The notes beneath the pieces were generated by a model. It made no database searches, had not been told where the DNA came from, and saw nothing but the letters and a program-made list of their open reading frames with translations. Below, piece by piece: positions 1 to 7,258 of a stretch of 62,871 nt of DNA; position 1 is the stretch's first letter, and every line of letters starts with the position of its first letter. Both the position numbers and the translations under genes were made by a program. Source of the stretch: Fibrobacteria bacterium (lineage in GTDB: Bacteria; Fibrobacterota; Fibrobacteria; UBA11236); NCBI GenBank assembly GCA_043732185.1, contig JAYTHY010000107.1, positions 1 through 62,871 of the forward strand. Reading direction: 5' to 3'.

Positions 1-155
1 AGAGTACGCAAGAGCGAATTAGGGGAATCAAATCCACGGAATCGCCGTAACGCATTGAATTCTCTGCTTTTAATTTCCCAATTAAGTGGCAACATGGAGG
101 CCAATTGCTCCCAATCACTAGAGTCTTGAGCTAAAATTCCCGGTGTTGGATCCAT
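1..155 (-). mobile_element. IS4-family transposase, N-terminus only (runs off the left edge)
   Basis: Not in the ORF track. Manual translation from ATG at 155 gives MDPTPGILAQDSSDWEQLASMLPLNWEIKSREFNALRRFRGFDSPNSLLRT, matching the 'W..L...LP..W......GAL.R.R.f..p..LLR' N-terminus of IS4-type DDE transposases. Confidence 0.7.
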
Positions 156-191
156 TTTCCATCCCTTTCAAACTATGAAAAAGATAGTATT

Positions 192-208
192 TTAAGTTAG
201 CGCTTATG
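192..208 (-). repeat. Putative left terminal inverted repeat of the IS4-family element
   Basis: TTAAGTTAGCGCTTATG (minus strand CATAAGCGCTAACTTAA) lies ~37 bp upstream of the transposase start and resembles CAT-starting IS4 ends. The partner IR is outside the window. Confidence 0.55.
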
Positions 209-255
209 GGCAGTAGCTCCCCACTTCGCCCAAATTCTCGCGTTTCGGGCAATTT

Positions 256-483
256 TCAAAACCCACTTCGTAATAGCAAAACGTTCGGCTGTATGGTGCC
301 ACAATTTGCATTCACCTCCTGAACGGTTTGATGATTGGGACCCGCTGCGCCGTGATTTGACACCACAGTCAAAAGCGAACGCTCCAATCCTTCACAGATA
401 CTTTCCATCTCCGCGGGCCCGATACTGGAGGTCATGTTCGCAAACTTCGGCGCCTGAGGTTTCGAAACCGTCGTACGGCCCAT
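256..483 (-). pseudogene. Group II intron reverse transcriptase/maturase N-terminal fragment (RT0)
   Basis: MESICEGLERSLLTVVSNHGAAGPNHQTVQEV resembles the RT0 consensus 'LME.I....L..A...V..NKGA.G.D..TV.E'. The ORF stops after 75 aa with no RT1-7 or YADD. Confidence 0.7.
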
Positions 484-983
484 GGACGTCCGGCCCGTAT
501 CTCGTTCTCCTCCGGCCTTGGTCTTGGCGCGTTGCGCTTTCGCCTTGCTTCCGGTACTGTGCCTCTGTCCTTCCTCTCACGTGCCCTGCACGCTGGGCAT
601 TGGTCATCGGTCCTTGCGTCCCTTTGACTTCCAGTGACGATCACCGTCATTGGAGCCCGCGGACAGGGTCCGAAGGCAGAGCCTTGGGTAAGAATTATAG
701 ACCTGATGTTGCATCCCGCCACCAATACTCCTTCGGCTACGAACGGATTTTGGACTTCGCCGCTGATGACCAGCTTGTCCGCCGAATTAGCTTTACGGTG
801 TTTCACTTGCGTTCGGAACACACATCCACCTACGACTTCCACCAGACGCTCTCTTACGAGCAAAATCCTTGCGGATAAAACACCTTGGTGTTCGCGCCCT
901 TGTCTCATCGGTGATTGATTCCCTCCGTCAGGGTTCAAGGTCTGGATTTGATACCTCCTATCCATAATTCATGCCAATCGCAC
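256..983 (-). mobile_element. Truncated group II intron (class C/IIC-like): 5' end, domains I-III and start of the RT ORF; domains V/VI not seen
   Basis: The minus strand begins GTGCGATTGGCATG at 983 (GUGYG 5' end; IIC introns begin GTGCG..GGCATG). IIC-like motifs follow in order: CAAGGG..TCTGGTGGAAG, GGACAAG..GAAGTCC (~751-780), TCTTACCC (686-693), CAGAGGCACAGTACC (553-567). An RT0-like ORF comes next. Confidence 0.8.
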
Positions 984-1017
984 CATTGGATGAAGCCAGG
1001 CTTGGCTTCATCCAATG
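984..1017. repeat. Perfect 15-bp inverted repeat hairpin abutting the intron 5' splice site
   Basis: CATTGGATGAAGCCA-GGCT-TGGCTTCATCCAATG. Confidence 0.9.
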
Positions 1018-1078
1018 CAATGCAAATTAGCGTTCAACAAAATACCTGCCCAAGGCACCCGATTAAACATGTTATGGG

Positions 1079-1100
1079 GTGTCCACTTTGTGTCCACTTT
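1079..1100. repeat. 11-bp tandem repeat, integrase arm-site-like
   Basis: GTGTCCACTTT x2, ~110 bp from the CCA end of the tRNA-Ile fragment. Confidence 0.6.
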
Positions 1101-1208
1101 TTCGTGGCAGATGGGAGTATTCCAGAGTGTGGGAACAATTAGGGGAGCCATAATACCCCTCCGCAATTACCCATTTCTCGCGAAATTCGGCAACCGGAGG
1201 CGCTAAAA

Positions 1209-1252
1209 TGGTAGGCCTGGGCAGACTTGAACTGCCGACCCCCGCCTTTCAG
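1209..1252 (-). other. tRNA 3'-half fragment (tRNA-Ile-like), probable att site
   Basis: Minus strand reads CTGAAAGGCGGGGGTCGGCAGTTCAAGTCTGCCCAGGCCTACCA: T-arm GGCAG-TTCAAGT-CTGCC, acceptor 3' strand and CCA. The anticodon-loop region looks like CTGATAA with one base missing. There is no 5' half. Confidence 0.75.
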
Positions 1253-1325
1253 TACGAAGATCCGATATTGGAATTTGTGGGCCAAATATAAATATTATTT
1301 AAATTATATTTCAAAAGGAGGGACC

Positions 1326-1559
1326 ATGCCGCAATTCCAACCAGCGGTCCCCAAATGGCTGACCATCAAGGAATTAGCTGAACGGCTGAATACTACCGAA
1401 GATTATATCAAAAGGATGCTCAATCCCAATCTGCCCAGACGGAATTGCCCCCGATATATTCTCTCAGATGACATCCTTGCCCTTGATGGAAAAAAAATCA
1501 GATACCTCGAATCCAACGGCCATTTAGTTTATCCCAGGATCATCGACAAGAAGCACTGA
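1326..1559 (+). CDS. Small HTH DNA-binding protein, excisionase/AlpA-like
   Basis: Strong RBS (AAAGGAGGG) before ATG 1326; 'KWLTIKELAERLNTTEDYIKRML' is an Xis/HTH_17-like motif; lies in an att context. Confidence 0.6.
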   Translation: MPQFQPAVPKWLTIKELAERLNTTEDYIKRMLNPNLPRRNCPRYILSDDILALDGKKIRYLESNGHLVYPRIIDKKH

Positions 1560-1683
1560 TCAAAGACCCCACCTTTCCCCCCGTCGCTCCCCACATCATT
1601 GAATCATAAAGCTTTCCAAAAAATCTGACCTGGGTTAGCCAACTGGAGTGATCCTGGCTCCACATGCCATGGCGCTGCATATT

Positions 1684-1741
1684 TTGGCCAATCATTGGCC
1701 AATCATTGGCCAATCAATGGGCACACTTTGGGGCACACTTT
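1684..1741. repeat. Phased 11-bp repeats: TTGGCCAATCA x3 then GGGCACACTTT x2
   Basis: Exact copies at 1684, 1695, 1706 and at 1719, 1731; ~165 bp from the tRNA-Thr 3' end. Confidence 0.8.
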
Positions 1742-1904
1742 TCATGAAATGAACACGACTTTTCCTAATCACCCCTAAAAACCCCTCATTATTACGCATT
1801 CCGCTTTTCCCACTACCAAACATCTAAAAATGCCAGAAAACGCCGATTTCTTCTCCGTTATGGTAGAAGAAATGGCGAAATTAGCGATTTTATGAGGGAG
1901 AAGT

Positions 1905-1980
1905 TGGAGCCACTTACCGGAATCGAACCGATGACCTACTCATTACGAATGAGCCGCTCTACCAACTGAGCTAAAGTGGC
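1905..1980 (-). tRNA. tRNA-Thr(CGT)
   Basis: GCCACTTTAGCTCAGTTGGTAGAGCGGCTCATTCGTAATGAGTAGGTCATCGGTTCGATTCCGGTAAGTGGCTCCA; cloverleaf with anticodon loop TTCGTAA and encoded CCA. Confidence 0.97.
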
Positions 1981-2051
1981 GGGAGTGGGAAATTTAGACT
2001 ATTCATCCTTAAAAGCAAGCTGCTGAAGCCCAATTCCCTCTATCCCTATAG

Positions 2052-2378
2052 CTACTGCCATACCCTAAACCCCAGAAAGTGGGTGCAGAAGGCGTAATAA
2101 CCCTGCACCACCAGCACGGTTAGGGTAGTAAACCAGAGCAGCTTAATCTGCATCAAGATACGCAGGCCATAGCGATGCAGGAACATGCCGACCCCAACCA
2201 GGGGAATGGCCCTGAAATAATACGCCGGATAGGGTGAGGTGATGGCGATTAGAATGGGGAAGAAAACCAGCAAGGACAATATACCCATCAAAAAGTTGCC
2301 CTGATAGATCCACTTTCCTACTCCCGCTAGGTAGCCGGCGCACACCAGTGCAATTCCCAAACTAAGTAGAATCACCAT
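2052..2378 (-). CDS. Hypothetical membrane protein (~4 TM)
   Basis: 108-aa highly hydrophobic ORF. Confidence 0.6.
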   Translation of the reverse strand: MVILLSLGIALVCAGYLAGVGKWIYQGNFLMGILSLLVFFPILIAITSPYPAYYFRAIPLVGVGMFLHRYGLRILMQIKLLWFTTLTVLVVQGYYAFCTHFLGFRVWQ

Positions 2379-2492
2379 AGGCTAATAATACCTTTGACAC
2401 AGCTCCCCTTTCCCTGTCCTCATTAAATATTTTTTATTTTTGAGGGCGGCCATCGGTTCGATGGGTCATAAAATGGAACGGAAGAGTCACAC

Positions 2493-3647
2493 ATGGCAGA
2501 CATAGCAGGATTACAGGGATTACGAGCCGCACCCACTAAAGCCGAGGCCTTGACCACCCCTCCCTACGATGTGATCAAAGAGGGTTCTGACCTGGAACAT
2601 CTGCTCCAAGGCAATCCTGAATCCTTTTTTCACGTCACCCTGGGCCCCAACCCTGCACAGGCGTTGTTGGACTTGCAGGCCAAGGGCGTGCTGATTCCAG
2701 ATACCGAACCCTGTTTTTACGTGTATGAGCAAAAATGGGCCGGAGGCGAGCGCCTGGGGTTCTTTGCGGCCGTAGCGGTGAGCGCGTATGCAGAGGGCCA
2801 AATCGTGCGCCATGAAAAAACTTTTGACGAAAAGGTTAAAGGCCGACTCAAAGTAACCAATGATACTGGCTACACCCTCGAACCCATCTTTCTGCTCACC
2901 AAATCCGACTTGCAGCCCATCTTGGCCCAGGTGCTGGTGGAGTACCCGGCTACCTACAGTTTTACCAGTGACTTTAAAGGCTGGAATGATCTCCATGGCA
3001 TTGCCAGCCGAGTTTTCCGAGTTCCTGCAGCGTCAACCTTGGGTCTTAGATTGAAAAATTGCGTTGGGGAAAATCCGTTGTATATAGCCGACGGACACCA
3101 CCGCTATCACGCCGCCCTGCTCAATGGACAAACCCACGCCATGGCCTATATAGTCGAGAAAGCACGCATACTCGCCTACAACCGCGTCATCAACGGCAAA
3201 GTAAAGTTCAAGGATATCATGGGGTCCTTGGCGTTGAAATCTCTAGCGAAATTCCAATCGCCGGACAAACATTCCTTCTGCCTTTATTCAAAAGCCGGAT
3301 GCTTTACTTTAGCCGCCAAGCACGTGCCTGCCGATGTGGTAGGCCAATTGGACTGCAGCATACTAGAGCAGGAACTTTATCCTCTCCTGGGTGTGGACCA
3401 TTCCATGATTCTTCAAAAACAGTATTTTGACTATTATCCTGAATCGGATCTTGACACGATGCAAGCACTGGTAGACCAAGGTGAATATGATTTGGCTGTA
3501 GCACTGTGTCCGGTATCCATTGGTGAATTGATGCAGGTGGCCAACGCAGGGCTTAAGAATTCAGAAATAGTGATGCCGGAGAAATCCACCTTTTTCGCGC
3601 CTAAAATCCTTTCCGGGCTCGTGCTTTATAAGCATTTGAAAACTTAA
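2493..3647 (+). CDS. DUF1015 family protein
   Basis: PPYDVI, HEKT, LYIADGHHRY and MPEKSTFFAPK motifs. Confidence 0.9.
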   Translation: MADIAGLQGLRAAPTKAEALTTPPYDVIKEGSDLEHLLQGNPESFFHVTLGPNPAQALLDLQAKGVLIPDTEPCFYVYEQKWAGGERLGFFAAVAVSAYAEGQIVRHEKTFDEKVKGRLKVTNDTGYTLEPIFLLTKSDLQPILAQVLVEYPATYSFTSDFKGWNDLHGIASRVFRVPAASTLGLRLKNCVGENPLYIADGHHRYHAALLNGQTHAMAYIVEKARILAYNRVINGKVKFKDIMGSLALKSLAKFQSPDKHSFCLYSKAGCFTLAAKHVPADVVGQLDCSILEQELYPLLGVDHSMILQKQYFDYYPESDLDTMQALVDQGEYDLAVALCPVSIGELMQVANAGLKNSEIVMPEKSTFFAPKILSGLVLYKHLKT

Positions 3648-3763
3648 AGCCTTACTTAAAGGATTTTGATAGCCTGGTAGTAATTGCCTTGCGCCCTTTG
3701 CATGGCATAGCAAATCTTTCCCCCCGAACCCGCCAATAGGCCTTGTTAGGTCCCATTTCCCTC

Positions 3764-3779
3764 TGGCACGGCAGTTGCA
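3764..3779 (+). promoter_or_regulatory. Sigma54 (-24/-12) promoter of the flagellar operon
   Basis: TGGCACGGCAGTTGCA is a consensus TGGCAC-N5-TTGCA, 46 bp upstream of the first flagellar gene. Confidence 0.85.
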
Positions 3780-3825
3780 ATAAGTCCGTGTAGAACTTGG
3801 CAATGGCAATGGGAATGAGAACGTA

Positions 3826-4494
3826 ATGAAGCTTAAAGATCTGATCGGAATATCCCTCGTTTCCCTTTTCCTCTTTCCGATCATTTTAATTGGAATCATG
3901 CTAGCAGCCGGCGTAGTCCATATTGAATTTGGCGATGGAAAAGACAAAGAAAGGCTAAAGTCTACTCTGTCATCGGACGAAGCGGGCAAACAAGAGGAAG
4001 CGGAAGCCAAACATCTCAAAGCCTTCAAAGCCCTGGAAGTGAAGGAAAAGGAGATTAAAGATCAACAGGTGGAAGTGAATCGTGAAACCGAACGCCTGGA
4101 AAATTTGAAACAGGAAACCCTAAAAGCTAAAGAAGAGATTGCCGAGCACCATAAAAAAATCGAGGAGTTGGTAGGCAAAAGTTCGGAAATGCAGGACAAA
4201 CAAATTGCCTCACTGGCGGAAGTGTATGGCGGTATGCGACCGGATGAGGCTGCGCCGATTCTACTCAGTCTGGACAATGCCATGGTCGTTCGCATCATGC
4301 GTAAAATACCAGAAACCAGGGCAACATCCAAGCTCATGGCCGCTTTGGCCACTTTGAATGTGGCCCGTGCGGCTGAAATCACTGTGCTGCTTGGCGGAAA
4401 GGCCAAGAGCAGCGTCGAGTCAAATTCCGGAGTCGGTACACCGGAATCAAAACCACCTGCGACCAATAAAGCTGGTCCAGGAGGCAAAGCGTAG
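3826..4494 (+). CDS. MotE/YlxF/FlbB-like flagellar protein (TM, coiled coil, MgtE-N-like)
   Basis: 'LAEVYGGMRPDEAAPILLSLD' motif; position directly before fliK. Confidence 0.7.
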   Translation: MKLKDLIGISLVSLFLFPIILIGIMLAAGVVHIEFGDGKDKERLKSTLSSDEAGKQEEAEAKHLKAFKALEVKEKEIKDQQVEVNRETERLENLKQETLKAKEEIAEHHKKIEELVGKSSEMQDKQIASLAEVYGGMRPDEAAPILLSLDNAMVVRIMRKIPETRATSKLMAALATLNVARAAEITVLLGGKAKSSVESNSGVGTPESKPPATNKAGPGGKA

Positions 4495-4537
4495 TTCTTT
4501 TGGAAATCAAATTCAGGGAAGCGAAAGCGGGGAAAGC

Positions 4538-6364
4538 ATGTCACAAGTCCAAAACCTGATTCAAATGTTCATGAACCGCGCTAGTGCACCTGCGGCATCC
4601 ATAAAGGGAGCGGACGCGAAGTCATTCACTCCTTCTGAAAAAATAACGGCCCCTTTTCACGCCAAGGTTGTAGCCAGTCATGCCCAATTGGCAGCAAATT
4701 CTGCTAAACCCAAAACCAGCGAGTCAACTCATTCGCCTGATAAAATAAAAGCTGTCACACCCACCAAACAGAAAATGGCAGTACATACTGAAAACGGGAA
4801 AACCTTTAAACCGGATGGTAATTCCTTTTCCCCCAAAGTCAAATCGCCCTCGCTTAAAATCGAAAAACGGGTTCAAAAAAATGCGGCCGGGGAAGTTAAA
4901 ACCAGCGAATCAAAAGATACTGCCACCGGGGAAAAGTCCGATGCAAACGTGGATGCAAAATCTACGGATGTTCAAACTCAAAATGGCAAAGCTGAAGCCG
5001 CGCTACGCAACCGTTTGGAAAAAATGGGGGTTACGGCCACGGATGAACAATTATCGGACTCGGAATTCCTTAAGGACATGCTCCAGCTGCTACAATCAAT
5101 GCTTCCCAATGTTTCCACGCCAGTTCCGCTTAGCCCGTCCAGCGGAGAAGAAAGTCAAACCCAGGCAAGTGAAACCCTTCCAACCGGGAATGCACCATCA
5201 ATAGCGGAAGGTGCCAACCAAGATGCCCTTTCGCCGACCCTTCCCGACGCACAAGAAGCAATCGGCTCCTTGGAAACCGCAAGTGAAAAAGATTCTGGCC
5301 CATTAGTGGGTATGGGGGGAGCCCAGAATCCCATTTCCGAAAAGGCCGACCCATTCGGCACTAATAAGCAATCCACCTCCAAAGATCTGGCGGATTTGAT
5401 TCAAGACCGCTTAGTCGAAATCGCTAAAGCATCCAAACCCCAAAATACCGACCAGACTATTTCGACTCGAATTGCCCAGGATTCGGGCCAACAGAACTGG
5501 CAGGGTATTGGAATGCATGAAGTCGATGGTATGCCATCAAGCGATCCCGCGGTTACCGGGGAGCTCGATCGGTTGCGGGTTTTGCAAGCTGCGGCCATGA
5601 ATGCCACCGGGGCTGGAGAATCGGAATCAATCCATACCCAAGCACACGGATCCAATGATGAAAATGATCCTACAAAAGACATCGGATCTGTATCCACTTC
5701 ACCAGTTGATAAGGTCGCCACACACCTCCATCAAGAAGGACAAAGTGGAGACTTTGAGCGCAATAAAGAACAGGCTCCATCCGCTCAAAACACGATTCTT
5801 CCGGACGGGCCGGTCGTTGCCAAAGATGGGCCGGCCGGAATCGTATTCCATAATAATTTGGACCACATTCGTGGAACCGAACAAACTGCCACAGCCGAAC
5901 AGATCCGGGCGCCACATGCTCCCGCCTTTGACCAAGGCATTCTACAGCAGATCTCCAAGAAACTGACCGCCATAACCTTACGGAATGCCGGGGAAATCAG
6001 TATTCAATTGGAACCGGAAAACCTTGGGAAAATCAGAGTTAGACTCGGCCTTAAAGACGGTATCATGACAGCCCGCATCGGCGTTGAAAATGAAAACGTA
6101 CGTCAGATAGTTGAAGCCAACTTGGCTAATCTTAGGGAAACCTTGGAAAACCAAGGCATCACGTTGCAGGGATTGGATGTTTCCGTAGATCACCAGCACT
6201 CCTCTCTCTTCAATCCAGAGGGCAGCAACTCAGAAGCTTTTTTTCACAGACATATAAAAGATCAATCCGCCACAAAAGGATCCGAGCTTCCAGCTTCGGA
6301 AATCACTCCCGAATCCGATACGGGTCGTCGCTGGGGCTATAACACCCTGGAATACATCGGTTAA
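4538..6364 (+). CDS. fliK: Flagellar hook-length control protein
   Basis: Low-complexity N-terminus; C-terminal 'ISIQLEPENLGKIRV..LRETLENQGI' FliK domain; start moved to ATG 4538. Confidence 0.9.
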   Translation: MSQVQNLIQMFMNRASAPAASIKGADAKSFTPSEKITAPFHAKVVASHAQLAANSAKPKTSESTHSPDKIKAVTPTKQKMAVHTENGKTFKPDGNSFSPKVKSPSLKIEKRVQKNAAGEVKTSESKDTATGEKSDANVDAKSTDVQTQNGKAEAALRNRLEKMGVTATDEQLSDSEFLKDMLQLLQSMLPNVSTPVPLSPSSGEESQTQASETLPTGNAPSIAEGANQDALSPTLPDAQEAIGSLETASEKDSGPLVGMGGAQNPISEKADPFGTNKQSTSKDLADLIQDRLVEIAKASKPQNTDQTISTRIAQDSGQQNWQGIGMHEVDGMPSSDPAVTGELDRLRVLQAAAMNATGAGESESIHTQAHGSNDENDPTKDIGSVSTSPVDKVATHLHQEGQSGDFERNKEQAPSAQNTILPDGPVVAKDGPAGIVFHNNLDHIRGTEQTATAEQIRAPHAPAFDQGILQQISKKLTAITLRNAGEISIQLEPENLGKIRVRLGLKDGIMTARIGVENENVRQIVEANLANLRETLENQGITLQGLDVSVDHQHSSLFNPEGSNSEAFFHRHIKDQSATKGSELPASEITPESDTGRRWGYNTLEYIG

Positions 6365-6382
6365 CCGGAAAAGGATTTAGGT

Positions 6383-7204
6383 ATGACAAATCCAATCGAT
6401 ACAGTAAGCTCCAAAACGTCCGCCAATCCCTTGGACGTCGCAGGTGCAACGGATCCAAGCGTCCTCGCCAAACGCCGGATTTCCGCGGATGTCAAAGGGG
6501 ATCAACTCACCTCCTCCACTGCCAGTGCAGGCGATACAAAGATCTTTGACGCTGCCAGCAAGAAACTCGGCAAACAAGATTTTCTCAAATTACTCGTGAC
6601 GCAGCTTCGATTTCAGGATCCGCTTTCTCCAACAGGAAACACCGAATTCGTCGCGCAGCTGGCGCAGTTTTCAAATCTGGAAGGCACCCAGAATATCAAT
6701 ACATCCATCCAAGATTTGACAAAAAAACTGGAAGCCATGGTTTCCGGTCAAGCGAACAGTTCCGCATCCATAAGCAATGCTTCGGCTACTTCACTTATCG
6801 GAAAACGCGTTCGCGTAACAGCTGAAGACATTATTTTCGATCCCAATATCAAAAAGTCCATTGACATCAACGTACATGCCAATGCCGGAAACACGTCTGT
6901 ATTAAGCATTCTTGACGAAAAAGAAAACATTGTCAATGCCATGCCTCTCAGCAAACCCGGGGAATTATTGGTGCAATGGAATGGTCTAAAAATGGATGGC
7001 ACACAAGCGGAAGCCGGAAAATATCACCTTAAAATAACCTCCAAAGATGGTTTGACCGATAGCGGATATACCTATTTGGAGGACAAAGTCACCGGACTCA
7101 ACTATTCTAAAACCGGTTTGCGCTTAGAAGTGCGCGGCCAGTCCATCAGTATGGACCAAGTTGTGCATGTTGGCGAAGATGTTCCTGAGCCAAAGCCTAA
7201 ATAA
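6383..7204 (+). CDS. flgD: Flagellar hook capping protein
   Basis: LGKQDFLKLLVTQLRFQDPLSP..AQLAQFS. Confidence 0.95.
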   Translation: MTNPIDTVSSKTSANPLDVAGATDPSVLAKRRISADVKGDQLTSSTASAGDTKIFDAASKKLGKQDFLKLLVTQLRFQDPLSPTGNTEFVAQLAQFSNLEGTQNINTSIQDLTKKLEAMVSGQANSSASISNASATSLIGKRVRVTAEDIIFDPNIKKSIDINVHANAGNTSVLSILDEKENIVNAMPLSKPGELLVQWNGLKMDGTQAEAGKYHLKITSKDGLTDSGYTYLEDKVTGLNYSKTGLRLEVRGQSISMDQVVHVGEDVPEPKPK

Positions 7205-7258
7205 CCCCATGCGCATGAAAACGTTGCATGTAAACGATGTCAAACGGAGGATGAATCC

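Noticed and set aside
306..965. ORFs 306..878(+), 432..965(-), 392..607(-), 634..918(+)
   Set aside because: No protein motifs; the region is explained by group II intron RNA.
1684..1741. Possible CRISPR array
   Set aside because: 11-bp units with no spacers, and no cas genes in the window.
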